The notes under the pieces are model-generated. The model was not told where the DNA came from and ran no database searches. It saw only the letters and a program-made list of their open reading frames with translations. Positions 1-9,207 of a stretch of DNA of 64,000 bases are shown piece by piece. The stretch's first letter is position 1. Each line of letters begins with the position of its first letter. The DNA lies in the NCBI GenBank assembly GCA_046331665.1, contig JAXLQK010000013.1, positions 56,220 through 120,219 of the forward strand. Direction: 5' to 3'. The translations under genes were made by a program, and so were the position numbers. Origin of the DNA: Terriglobia bacterium (GTDB taxonomy: Bacteria; Acidobacteriota; Terriglobia; Versatilivoradales; Versatilivoraceae).

Positions 1-380
1 TTAAAAGCCGGCCCCTGAAGCGGGACATGCTGCCCCATTTGAAGATACTCCGCCTGCACGACGTCGAAGCGAGTTTTCTCAAAGGCTTGGAGAACCGCGG
101 TTTTCAGCTCCCTGGAGGCATATTCCCAATGCTCCCTGGGTTTCGACAACAGAAGATCCCGGGCAGGCAACGGGCGTCGCAGCACCGTTTTTACATGAAC
201 TCCAAGCTTTTCGATTTCACCTACCTGGTCCAGCTCTTCTTCCTGTTCGATGAAGGATACCAAGAATATCCGATGCCTTTCAGCCAGGATACGGAGGTTG
301 TGAAACATCCGGGTACCTCCCCCGTGGAGCCCAAGCACAGGGAGATGCGCCGAGAGAAATAGGATATTGAGTGGAGTCAT
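1..380 (-). CDS. Glycosyltransferase family 4-like, N-terminal part (3' end runs off the window)
   Basis: Not in the ORF track because there is no stop in the window. The reverse strand from ATG at 380 reads MTPLNILFLSAHLPVLGLHGGGTRMFHNLRILAERHRIFLVSFIEQEEE..., a typical GT-B/GT4 N-terminal domain. It lies on the same strand as the glycan genes. Confidence 0.6.
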   Translation of the reverse strand, partial: MTPLNILFLSAHLPVLGLHGGGTRMFHNLRILAERHRIFLVSFIEQEEELDQVGEIEKLGVHVKTVLRRPLPARDLLLSKPREHWEYASRELKTAVLQAFEKTRFDVVQAEYLQMGQHVPLQGPAF

Positions 381-572
381 GAACGGTATTTCCCCGTATC
401 TCCGGATCCCAAGGAGAACGCTGCCATGATGATCCAGTGCCTCTTTTGCGTAAACCAAAGCAACGGCCTCATGCCCTCATGCATAAGGATCGTCCGCTGT
501 TGAAGAGGAAATGGCCCGTACCGGTTATAGCCTTTCTCCGGGGGGATGAGGGCAAACATGGGTTCCTTCTCC

Positions 573-2129
573 TTAGACCAGCCGCAGGGAGGTTACGATC
601 ACTCCCAGTTCGCGTTGATCGTTCCCCATTCCTGATCGGGCAGGACAAAAACTCTGGCGTAAACACAGCTTAAAGGATTGTGCGCCCGGGTGGTGGATGG
701 TGAGTGGGATGGTGAAGGCGATCTGCCCCGAGTGGCTCAACCTGGCCTTGTAAATCCTCTTGCCATTGTGGTAGAGCTCCATCTCCTGGCACCCGTCGGG
801 GAAACGTTTGATATCCGGCATCATCCCTTGAATTTCAAGGTTTCTTTCCCCTCCGAGGGAGAATAAAAAGAAACCACATTGCGATGTGGTCCAGCGGAAG
901 TTTTTCTCACCGTCACTCTCCATGTCATGCCAGCCTTCGCCAAGTTGCCCCGTAAAATCGGCTTGGGCAAAATCAATAAAGCGTTTCCCTTGTCTTGGCA
1001 CCCTTTTCGCGGTTTCTTGAAAAATCTCCGGGTCGTCCAGAACATAAGATCTTCGTTTTCGCTGACGTTTATACATGGCTTCCGGCAGCTGGATGAAGGC
1101 TCGAAAGAAGGCTTTAATTTCAAAGAGAACGCTCGTCTGAGCAAGTAATTTCGCCTGTATGATCGGGAGTAAGAAAAGGTGCTGCAGGCTCCACGGGAGA
1201 AATGTGATGTTCTTCCAAATAAAAAGATATTGATTCTTGCGAATCGTATTATCGACGTAGTTGTCTCCGAATTTGAGCTTATTGGTACCCCGGTGGCGGT
1301 GCACAACTACACTGTCAACGGCCAACATGCTCTTCCAGCCGCGTTTCCAGGCTTGATAAGACAAATCCGTGTCCTCAAGATAAAACGGGTCATACATCCG
1401 ATCCAGCCCACCCATGGATTGTACTTTCCTTTTGTCGAACGCGCAGGACCCTCCTCCTCCCCAAAAGATCGGAACGAGCTTTTCATCAACATCCGAGGAA
1501 AGAATTTGATCATGGTAGGGCTCCAGGAACCCCCAGATCCAGCGAGCCCGTGTCTTGCCGGTTTCTTCACGCCGTCGCTCCTTGTCCTGAAAGAAAACCT
1601 GGCACGACACCGAAAAAACCTCTTCCTTGTCAAAACCCTCAAGAAGAGGCTTGATAAAGTTCGGGTCCACTTGCATGTCATTGTTTAAGAAAATGACAAT
1701 ATCATTCTTTGCCGCCTTGATCCCTGCGTTGTTCCCCCCGGTATAGCGCATATTGGTAGGCAGTAACACCAGCCGCACTTCGGGGAAATGGGCCTTGAGA
1801 AAACTGACGCTGTCGTCGGTGCTTCCATTGTCCACGACCAGAATTTCATGGTCTCTGCCGTCCTCTCTGACTGCGGCAACGACGGAAGGCAAAAATTCTT
1901 CGAGCAAATGCCTGCCCTCCCAATTCAGGACAACGATACTTGCCTTGGTCAGATCCAGGTTCCCCGGACGGGAGTTTTCCGAGTGGGGGAAGAGCGGAGT
2001 TAGAATCAGGTAGACGAGGTCGGACAAAAGGAGACACACGCCCACTAGAAAATCGAAGGGAAGAAAGATCAGAACGGTGGAAAGGGAAAGCCAAAAACGT
2101 AGACGGAATAATCTGGTAAGGACGTTCAT
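573..2129 (-). CDS. Family 2 glycosyltransferase with N-terminal membrane anchor and a ~150-aa C-terminal non-catalytic domain
   Basis: 518-aa ORF with a hydrophobic N-terminus. GT2 signatures are VVDNGSTDDS and FLNNDM. The C-terminal module reads GWHDMESDGEKNFRWT...DQRELGV. Confidence 0.8.
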   Translation of the reverse strand: MNVLTRLFRLRFWLSLSTVLIFLPFDFLVGVCLLLSDLVYLILTPLFPHSENSRPGNLDLTKASIVVLNWEGRHLLEEFLPSVVAAVREDGRDHEILVVDNGSTDDSVSFLKAHFPEVRLVLLPTNMRYTGGNNAGIKAAKNDIVIFLNNDMQVDPNFIKPLLEGFDKEEVFSVSCQVFFQDKERRREETGKTRARWIWGFLEPYHDQILSSDVDEKLVPIFWGGGGSCAFDKRKVQSMGGLDRMYDPFYLEDTDLSYQAWKRGWKSMLAVDSVVVHRHRGTNKLKFGDNYVDNTIRKNQYLFIWKNITFLPWSLQHLFLLPIIQAKLLAQTSVLFEIKAFFRAFIQLPEAMYKRQRKRRSYVLDDPEIFQETAKRVPRQGKRFIDFAQADFTGQLGEGWHDMESDGEKNFRWTTSQCGFFLFSLGGERNLEIQGMMPDIKRFPDGCQEMELYHNGKRIYKARLSHSGQIAFTIPLTIHHPGAQSFKLCLRQSFCPARSGMGNDQRELGVIVTSLRLV

Positions 2130-2187
2130 CGGGGTGAGGGGAAATCAAGTCTGGAGCCGGCCGAAGTAAAACTCACTCCGGGAAAAC

Positions 2188-2865
2188 TTAGCGACTGAAG
2201 CGAAATTTTACCAAAGTCCAAATGGCTGAGAATCCATCCCTCCACGTAATTTTTTTCCCTTGGGAAAAACTTCTTCCGGCATAGGAAATCGGAACCTCAA
2301 TGATTCGGAATCCGCGTTTGAGCAATTTGGCTGTAATTTCAGGTTCGAAGTTGAAACGGTTGGAATCGATCCTGATGCTTTGGATCGTTTCCCGGGGGAA
2401 GACCTTATAACAGGTCTCCATGTCGGTGATGGAGGTTCGGTAAAGGATATTCGTCACGAGCGTGAGAAATTGATTTCCCAGATCGTGAAGCGACATCATG
2501 TTCTTCCGGGTCCCGCTGAATCGGGATCCGTAGACGACGTCCGCCTGCCTGTCCAGCAAAGGCTGAAGCAGCTTGGGATATTCGTGCGGGTCATACTCAA
2601 GATCCGCATCCTGAATGATGACGTAATCTCCGGCGGCATGCTGGAACCCGGTTCGGAGAGCGGCCCCCTTCCCCATATTCCGCTCGTGATACAGAACCCG
2701 ATCCCCTTCCGCCTCCAGTTGCCTCAACAGATCCCGCGTTCCATCCGTTGAATAGTCATCGACAAGAATGATTTCCTTGTTCAGCGGCACTTTTCGGACT
2801 TGATTGACGATCTCCAGCAAGGTGGATCGCTCGTTGTAGACCGGAATGATCACACTTAGCTTCAC
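2188..2865 (-). CDS. Family 2 glycosyltransferase (polyprenyl-phosphate sugar transferase-like)
   Basis: 225-aa ORF: [12 protein letters not shown]...[11 protein letters not shown]...[11 protein letters not shown], the classic GT2 DxD architecture. Confidence 0.85.
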   Translation of the reverse strand: MKLSVIIPVYNERSTLLEIVNQVRKVPLNKEIILVDDYSTDGTRDLLRQLEAEGDRVLYHERNMGKGAALRTGFQHAAGDYVIIQDADLEYDPHEYPKLLQPLLDRQADVVYGSRFSGTRKNMMSLHDLGNQFLTLVTNILYRTSITDMETCYKVFPRETIQSIRIDSNRFNFEPEITAKLLKRGFRIIEVPISYAGRSFSQGKKITWRDGFSAIWTLVKFRFSR

Positions 2866-2880
2866 GCGTCGACGCCATCC

Positions 2881-3747
2881 TTAGAGATTGTGGGTTGCAG
2901 ATCTTCCCAACAAGTATTCCTGCAGGGCATCCTTCCAGGATTTCATATCATCCATTCCCCGACGATGCAGTTGGGCATTCTCCAACACAGAATAGGCGGG
3001 ACGTTTGGCTGGAGACTTAAATTCCGCGGAAGTCGTCGGTGACAGAATGGCTTGGATCGCCGCCAATTCGAAGATAGCCGCAGCAAATTCATACCAGGAA
3101 CACCCCCCCTGAGCGGTGATATGGTAGAGCCCGTAATGCTCCGTTTGTATCAGCTCCGCTACTTTTCGGGCCAGCTCCCGAGTACTGGTTGGCGTCAAGA
3201 CTTGGTCGTGAACAACGCGGATCGATTCCTGATTCTTCGCCTTTTTCAGCATCGTTTCCACAAAGTTGCCGCCCTTGCCACTGCTTCCTGCATACCCATA
3301 CAAGCCGCAGGTGCGGATCACAAAGCTCTTGGGCCACAAATAGCGAACGATTTTTTCACCTGCCAGCTTGGATACGCCATAGGCATTGACGGGGTTCGTT
3401 TCATCCTGCTCCGTGAGCGGCCGGCGAAGATTACCCTCGAATACATAGTCTGTGCTGAAATGCACCAGGGTGGCTCCTACGGCTTGAGCGGCGAGGCACA
3501 AATTCTTCACACCTACGGCATTTACTTCGAAGGCAGTCAGCACCTCTGACTCGCAAACATCCACCTTGTGGAACGCCGAGGTATTCAGGATGACGTCAGG
3601 CCTTGATTCCTGGACCTTGGAGAGAACTCGCTCCGCCGTTGTCACATCCAGAGCGGCATGGGTCACCGGAATAACCTCATGCGATTTTAGGGTGACTGCC
3701 AAATCGGAGCCCAGTTGTCCATTCGCACCAATGAGCAGAACTTTCAA
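2881..3747 (-). CDS. rmlD: dTDP-4-dehydrorhamnose reductase family (RmlD-like SDR)
   Basis: 288-aa ORF with the Rossmann motif LLIGANGQLG, STDYVFEG and YGVSKLAGE (YxxxK). The TTG start overlaps the upstream stop (cattga). No rmlABC genes are in the window, so the exact sugar is uncertain. Confidence 0.7.
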   Translation of the reverse strand: MKVLLIGANGQLGSDLAVTLKSHEVIPVTHAALDVTTAERVLSKVQESRPDVILNTSAFHKVDVCESEVLTAFEVNAVGVKNLCLAAQAVGATLVHFSTDYVFEGNLRRPLTEQDETNPVNAYGVSKLAGEKIVRYLWPKSFVIRTCGLYGYAGSSGKGGNFVETMLKKAKNQESIRVVHDQVLTPTSTRELARKVAELIQTEHYGLYHITAQGGCSWYEFAAAIFELAAIQAILSPTTSAEFKSPAKRPAYSVLENAQLHRRGMDDMKSWKDALQEYLLGRSATHNL

Positions 3748-4847
3748 TGGTCCGCCCCTTGCATTCTTCGCATTGGGCTGCCGCCCACAGGGGAGGCAGA
3801 CAGCTCCGGGGACACATCAAAGACCGAGCCAGTCACCTGAATGATCTTGTCGGCTTCTTCCAGGAGTTTCATCCAGGCGATGTTGTTGTAGCGGGGGTTG
3901 TCAAAATCGGTATAACGGTAGCGGGATATATTCTCAACCATATCTTTGACTGCCTCTTCAACCGAGACCGCAGGTTTGAAGTCCAGGGCACGTTCCAATT
4001 TTTTCCCGGAAACACGATAGCTCCGGACGCCATGGTAACGATAATCGGGCTTGAGTTCAGCCTTCACGCCCACCTCGCGCAGGGCTTCGATCACTCGCAA
4101 AGCCAATTCCGAGATGCGGAAATTTCCGTAAACCACGTTAAAAATCTGGCCCTTCACCTTCCCTTCCTCGGCTTCCAGGCAAGTGATGTAGGCACGGGCG
4201 GCGTCTCTCACGTCCACCAGGGGCCGCCACATTTCCCCCCCATAGTGGGTGGTGAGATGACCTTTTGAAAGAACATCTTTCAGAAAGGTGTTCACAACCA
4301 GGTCATAACGCATTCTCGGGGAGAAACCATAGATCGTCCCTTTACGAAGAATGACGGGCGAAAACTCCGCATCGGTCATGGCGAGGAGGATCCGTTCGGC
4401 CTGATATTTGGAACTGGAATAGGCCGCTTTCGGATTCACGGGCACTTCCTCGTCCAGAAGAATGTCCTTTTCATCGTTTCCGATACCAACGTCATAAATG
4501 GAACAGGAAGAAGCAAAGATGAAGCGCCGGATCCCACGCTTCTTGCATAATTTCGCAAGATGCTCGGTGGCCAGGGTATTCATTTCGTAATTGGCTTTGG
4601 GATTGTATTCGGCGGTCGGATCATTGGAGAGTCCGCTCAAGTTGATGACGGCATCCACTCCATCCAGGACGGAAGTATCCATGGTGCGGATATCGCCCGC
4701 CACCAGTTTGATCCTTTCCACCACTTCACGAATCCCTTGATCCCCATAATACAGGCGGTCAAAAACTTTCACGGCATATCCACGCTCTAACAATTCGCGG
4801 ACCAGCACGGAACCTACATAGCCTGCCCCACCAACCACTAAGATCAT
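3744..4847 (-). CDS. NAD-dependent sugar epimerase/dehydratase (extended SDR)
   Basis: 367-aa ORF with VVGGAGYVGS and YSSSKYQAE (YxxxK), in a glycan-locus context. Confidence 0.8.
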   Translation of the reverse strand: MILVVGGAGYVGSVLVRELLERGYAVKVFDRLYYGDQGIREVVERIKLVAGDIRTMDTSVLDGVDAVINLSGLSNDPTAEYNPKANYEMNTLATEHLAKLCKKRGIRRFIFASSCSIYDVGIGNDEKDILLDEEVPVNPKAAYSSSKYQAERILLAMTDAEFSPVILRKGTIYGFSPRMRYDLVVNTFLKDVLSKGHLTTHYGGEMWRPLVDVRDAARAYITCLEAEEGKVKGQIFNVVYGNFRISELALRVIEALREVGVKAELKPDYRYHGVRSYRVSGKKLERALDFKPAVSVEEAVKDMVENISRYRYTDFDNPRYNNIAWMKLLEEADKIIQVTGSVFDVSPELSASPVGGSPMRRMQGADH

Positions 4848-5043
4848 TGAAATCCTCCGCAGAAGAGTTGGACTGCTGTCCTCATCACCGTTTTGCGTCC
4901 TGTCAGCAATGCATCCGGGGAGAAATCACTCCAAATTCGATTCCGACTTCAACGGATTGCAGGCCCCCAAAACCTTTTATGATGGCACAAATTACATCAA
5001 GAATCGACCCGAGAATACTCTCTCCCGAGGGCTCGTTCCTTTC

Positions 5044-6156
5044 TTAAATCTTTGGGACAAGCCCGAAGGCCTTGCTCAATCGGTAGAGTCTTGATTGTCT
5101 GACCCTTTCCAACTTCGCCTGGCAAAGATCCAGTTCTTGATTCAAGCGCAATGCCCAAGCCGTTCGCTCGTCAAATTCTTTCTGAAGCAGCGAGATTCGT
5201 TCGTCCTTCTGCTGGAGCTCTTCATTCAACTGCTGCGCCCAGGCCGTTCGCTCCAGCAGTTCCTGCTGCAACAAATTGGTTTGGTTTTGGAAATCTTTCA
5301 ATTCAAGTTCCAACCGTCGCGCCCAGTCGGACCGTTCATCGATCCGTTTATAAAGCTCGTCGTTTTCCGCCCGCAGTTTCAGGACGGCCTGATCCAGCTC
5401 CTTCAAACGAGCCTCCAGCGCTCCGATCCATCTTTCCTTTTCCCGGAGAAGATTGGCTGTGGAAGGCACATAGAGCAATTCTTTGTAGGGCGGGATAGTT
5501 CCCGATTTCTTGGCACAGACCGCGAGGAAAAAGTTGGAATGAGCTTTCAAATCAGGATTAGCCTCTGGAAGCTGGATACTTACCGCGGCCGGGGATTTCC
5601 CGCTCCCCAGAAAGATCGCTGGCACATGATTCTGGAAACAGATTTCGACTTCCTCAAAGCGTTGCTTCAGGAAGGCCGAGAATTCTTCGTAGTCAAATTC
5701 CTTGGTGTGGAACGGATTCACTTCCTGCCGCTCTTCCGTGTAGTAACGCCGGTTCGGAGTCGAGATCAAAAGGATTCCGTTCGGGCTCAAGACGCGGGAG
5801 ATCTCCTCCAATAAGGATGACTGTTCCGAGACATGCTCCACAACTTCGAAGCAGATCACGAGGTCCAAGCTTGCCGAACGCACCGGTAAGCAACTGCCAA
5901 GTGCCGCCACAAATTGAATTCCAGACTGGAAATAATGATGGCGGGCATAGCCAATGGCTTCCTCGGAAATATCGATCGCCAGCACACTTTGGGCAACTTG
6001 GGCCAGGATCGCTGCGCCATACCCCGTGCCGCATCCCAAGTCGAGTACTTGGCGTCCGGCTGCAAAGTTATTGGCGAACGCATATCGAGACAAGTGTTCG
6101 TTCATCAGATCAGGTTCAACTTTGCCGGGCACGACGCGTTCGCCAGTAAACTCCAT
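5044..6156 (-). CDS. Class I SAM-dependent methyltransferase with C-terminal coiled coil (candidate glycan chain-terminating enzyme)
   Basis: 370-aa ORF with SAM motif I VLDLGCGTGYG. Residues ~234-356 are heptad-rich and carry three ER(S/T)xWAxxLxxEL repeats. Confidence 0.8.
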   Translation of the reverse strand: MEFTGERVVPGKVEPDLMNEHLSRYAFANNFAAGRQVLDLGCGTGYGAAILAQVAQSVLAIDISEEAIGYARHHYFQSGIQFVAALGSCLPVRSASLDLVICFEVVEHVSEQSSLLEEISRVLSPNGILLISTPNRRYYTEERQEVNPFHTKEFDYEEFSAFLKQRFEEVEICFQNHVPAIFLGSGKSPAAVSIQLPEANPDLKAHSNFFLAVCAKKSGTIPPYKELLYVPSTANLLREKERWIGALEARLKELDQAVLKLRAENDELYKRIDERSDWARRLELELKDFQNQTNLLQQELLERTAWAQQLNEELQQKDERISLLQKEFDERTAWALRLNQELDLCQAKLERVRQSRLYRLSKAFGLVPKI

Positions 6157-6180
6157 ACACCAACCCTCATCCCGCTTAAA

Positions 6181-7473
6181 TCACGGGTGCTCCGATGATA
6201 CTTGGATTAGTTCAATGCCGCAGTCGCACCGCATGTATCCATAGACCGGCTTCCGCTGCTTAATCGTTAAGAGCGTTGCATTATCGATCCAATCGCACAT
6301 CACATATTCTTCGTGGGTCCCGTTGGCCACCGCCACTGAGAAATAGTAGTTCCCGGGATGAAGAGGAGGGACCTTAATGTGAAAATCAAGAGTGAAGATC
6401 TGTAAAGGTTCCGCCGAAGGCAAAACAACCCCTTCGGCAGAGGAATTAATGCCCGCGATATCTTCTCCCAGACGATTTCGCAAAAGAAACCCAACGATCG
6501 GATGAGCCACCGTACGAAGAAATTTAACGGAGATTCTGATTGTCAGTGGATCCTCATGCGTCAGACTCTCGCATGGTGCACCTCGCAAATCCAGGAGCCG
6601 GACGCCAAGAATCTCCGCCTGTCCATTTCCCCAACGTCGATCGATGTTGGGCAGAGTTCTAACGATCAGTTCCGGAGATCCCAGCGGCACGGCAGCAGGA
6701 ACCACAGCATTCGGCTCCGGAGTCTGACTGGCATAGGGATCCTTCCGGCGTGTCATTTCGGCCAGGTAGTGACTCACGACTTCATCAGGCTCTCCCAACT
6801 CCCTAACCTTTCCATGTTCCAGCCAAACTGCCGATTCGCACAAATTCTTGACGGCGGCCACATCGTGAGAAACAAAGAGGACGGTCTTCCCTTCATCCCG
6901 CATCTGGCGAATCTTGCGTATACAGCGCTGTTGAAAATACACATCCCCCACTGCCAGCGACTCATCCACCAGCAGGATTTCCGGGTCGACGTGAATGGCT
7001 ACGGCAAAGGCAAGGCGGACATACATCCCACTGGAATAAGTCTTTACCGGCTTTTGGATGAAGTCGCCAATTTCGGCAAACCGCTCGATTTCAGGGAACC
7101 GTTCCTCGATTTCTGGAGTTGAAAGACCCATCACGGCGGCATTCAAGAAGACATTTTCCCGCCCGGAGAACTCCGGATTAAAACCGGCTCCCAGTTCCAA
7201 CAAGGCGGCAACCCTCCCGCTCAGCTGGACACCACCGGAGGTGGGTTGCAGTGTCCCTGCAATAATTTGCAACAAGGTACTTTTTCCAGAACCGTTTTCT
7301 CCAATCACCCCGAAGGTGCTGCCTTTTCTTACCTTGAAGGTAACGTCCGAAAGAGCCCAAAAATCCGTGTGATATTGTTTTCGCCTGAAAAGCAGTTCTT
7401 TCAGTCGGTCGGCCGGTTTGGCATAAATCTTATAGTTTTTGAAAATTCTTTCGACCGTGACGGCATCCATCAC
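6181..7473 (-). CDS. wzt: Polysaccharide ABC exporter ATP-binding protein with C-terminal carbohydrate-binding-type domain
   Basis: 430-aa ORF with Walker A GENGSGKST, signature YSSGM and Walker B LLVDE. A ~180-aa beta-rich C-terminal extension resembles the Wzt C-domain. ATGA overlap with wzm. Confidence 0.85.
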   Translation of the reverse strand: MMDAVTVERIFKNYKIYAKPADRLKELLFRRKQYHTDFWALSDVTFKVRKGSTFGVIGENGSGKSTLLQIIAGTLQPTSGGVQLSGRVAALLELGAGFNPEFSGRENVFLNAAVMGLSTPEIEERFPEIERFAEIGDFIQKPVKTYSSGMYVRLAFAVAIHVDPEILLVDESLAVGDVYFQQRCIRKIRQMRDEGKTVLFVSHDVAAVKNLCESAVWLEHGKVRELGEPDEVVSHYLAEMTRRKDPYASQTPEPNAVVPAAVPLGSPELIVRTLPNIDRRWGNGQAEILGVRLLDLRGAPCESLTHEDPLTIRISVKFLRTVAHPIVGFLLRNRLGEDIAGINSSAEGVVLPSAEPLQIFTLDFHIKVPPLHPGNYYFSVAVANGTHEEYVMCDWIDNATLLTIKQRKPVYGYMRCDCGIELIQVSSEHP

Positions 7474-8339
7474 AACACGTCCGCAAAGGTTCGCTTGGTA
7501 TGTTTGAAGAAGAGACCCCCTCCGATGAAGGCCAGCATGGCAATGACATAAAGCAGCAGCAAAGATCGGAGATGGGGTATTTCGTGATTCAATAGGCAGT
7601 TGCGATAGGCCGTCACCACTGTTGCCAATGGGTTCAGCTGCATGAGGACTCTCAATTTCTCAGGCAACGCTTGCTCATCAAAGAAGATGGGGGTAAACCA
7701 AAACCAAAAAGTCAGAACCACCGCCAACACCTGAGCCGTATCTCTCAGGAAAACCTGCACACTGGCCACAATCCAACCCAACCCGAGGGCGAACAACGAA
7801 AGGGCCAAAAGGTAGATGGGAATCAAAACGATGAGCCAGCTCATTTTCTGCCAGGAAAACACGCTTACCGCCAAAAAGATCCCCAATCCAATCAAGTGGT
7901 TAATCAGATTGGCAATTAATACCGAAACTGGCAGGATCTCTGACGGGAAGAGGGTTTTCGTTATGAGATTGGCGTGATCCACCAGAATATTGCTGGATCG
8001 GGTCAGGGTTTCCTGAAAAACCAGCCAGGGCAGAATCCCGCAAAACAAATAAATAGCAAAACTCGTGGTTCCCGCTTCGGGACCCAAGGTTCGTTTCATC
8101 ACAATGGAGAACACAAAGGTGTAGCTGGCCAGCAAGACCAGGGGATGAATGACGGACCAAAAGAACCCCATCACCGATCCCACATAGCGACTTTTGAGAT
8201 CGCGGACCACCAGGCTTTTGATCAACCCGCGATGCTGGATCAATTTTCGAACGAAATTAACGCCAGTTTGCAGATAAGTCACGGAGGGCATGAAACGCGT
8301 TGGAGGGTACCGTCTCTTCATGCATTGGGAGCAAGACAA
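7470..8339 (-). CDS. wzm: ABC-2 type polysaccharide exporter permease
   Basis: 289-aa ORF with about six hydrophobic helices and an ABC-2 permease N-terminus (LVVRDLKSRYVGSVMGFFW). The true start may be an internal Met. Confidence 0.85.
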   Translation of the reverse strand: MSCSQCMKRRYPPTRFMPSVTYLQTGVNFVRKLIQHRGLIKSLVVRDLKSRYVGSVMGFFWSVIHPLVLLASYTFVFSIVMKRTLGPEAGTTSFAIYLFCGILPWLVFQETLTRSSNILVDHANLITKTLFPSEILPVSVLIANLINHLIGLGIFLAVSVFSWQKMSWLIVLIPIYLLALSLFALGLGWIVASVQVFLRDTAQVLAVVLTFWFWFTPIFFDEQALPEKLRVLMQLNPLATVVTAYRNCLLNHEIPHLRSLLLLYVIAMLAFIGGGLFFKHTKRTFADVL

Positions 8340-8740
8340 GCGCGCAGGGGTAGACCAGACTCTTTATAAGACTGCAACCTCGCTGCTGACGCAACCCTAC
8401 CTGAAATTCATTAGGCCTTTGTCGTTTTGAACAATGGGCGGCTCTTTCCCTTCAGCTATGGCAGAGCCCCTTCCCGGCCAGCGCCAGAAAGTATAAGGAG
8501 TTGCGGAAAGAGGAGTCAACTGCTAATCCTCACGGAAAGGCCAAGATGACCCGTCGAAGAGTTCTCCAGGATCGGAGGGAGCTAGTTGGGATACTTCACG
8601 CCATTCATTACGTGAATCGGGAATCCTGACTGTTGAGGCTGCTCCTCCTGAGCCCTTGGCCAAGCCGGGGCAACGACCGAGAAATACCACCCTTCAAGGG
8701 AGCTGAGAAACGGCATGCCCTGTACCACGTCTGAGATCGA

Positions 8741-9073
8741 TCAGGCGACGTCTTTTTCACCCGTTCGAATGTTGTACCCCTGTTCGACCGGGAGAACAAA
8801 GATACGGCCGTCTCCAATCTCCCCGGTGCGCGCCGTTTCAATGACCACCTTGACGACTTCTTCCACAAGATCGTCGGTCAAGACCATTTCGATCATCATC
8901 TTGGGCAACAGCGTGACACTATATTCCCGCCCCCGGTAGATGGCCTTATGCCCTTTTTGCCTGCCGTGTCCGCGCACTTCCGTGACAGTCATTCCCGAAA
9001 CATTAAGCTTGCCGAGGGCTTCCCGAACTTCCTCCAATTTGTTGGGCCGAATGATGCACTTCACGAGTCTCAT
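8741..9073 (-). CDS. glnB: Nitrogen regulatory protein P-II
   Basis: MRLVKCIIRPNKLEEV...GMTVTEVRGHGRQKGH...YRGREY (T-loop Tyr). I chose ATG at 9073 rather than the longer ORF-track start. Confidence 0.9.
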   Translation of the reverse strand: MRLVKCIIRPNKLEEVREALGKLNVSGMTVTEVRGHGRQKGHKAIYRGREYSVTLLPKMMIEMVLTDDLVEEVVKVVIETARTGEIGDGRIFVLPVEQGYNIRTGEKDVA

Positions 9074-9207
9074 GGAGTTCCCCTTTTCGTGAGAGTATAG
9101 AATTTGAATGCAATAATGGGTATAGCAAAGTCGCTTTGCGAACGGATTTGGCACACCCCCGTGATCGCCGTGAATTCAAACTGGCACTGCTGTCGTGGGG
9201 TCATCTC

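Noticed and set aside
377-559. 60-aa ORF between the GT2 and GT4 genes
   Set aside because: It has no motifs, overlaps the GT4 start region and is most likely non-coding spacer.
5095-5814. 239-aa ORF on the plus strand, plus overlapping shorter ORFs
   Set aside because: It is antisense to the coiled-coil region of the methyltransferase. The repetitive Leu/Gln/Phe-rich translation is the mirror image of the heptad repeats.
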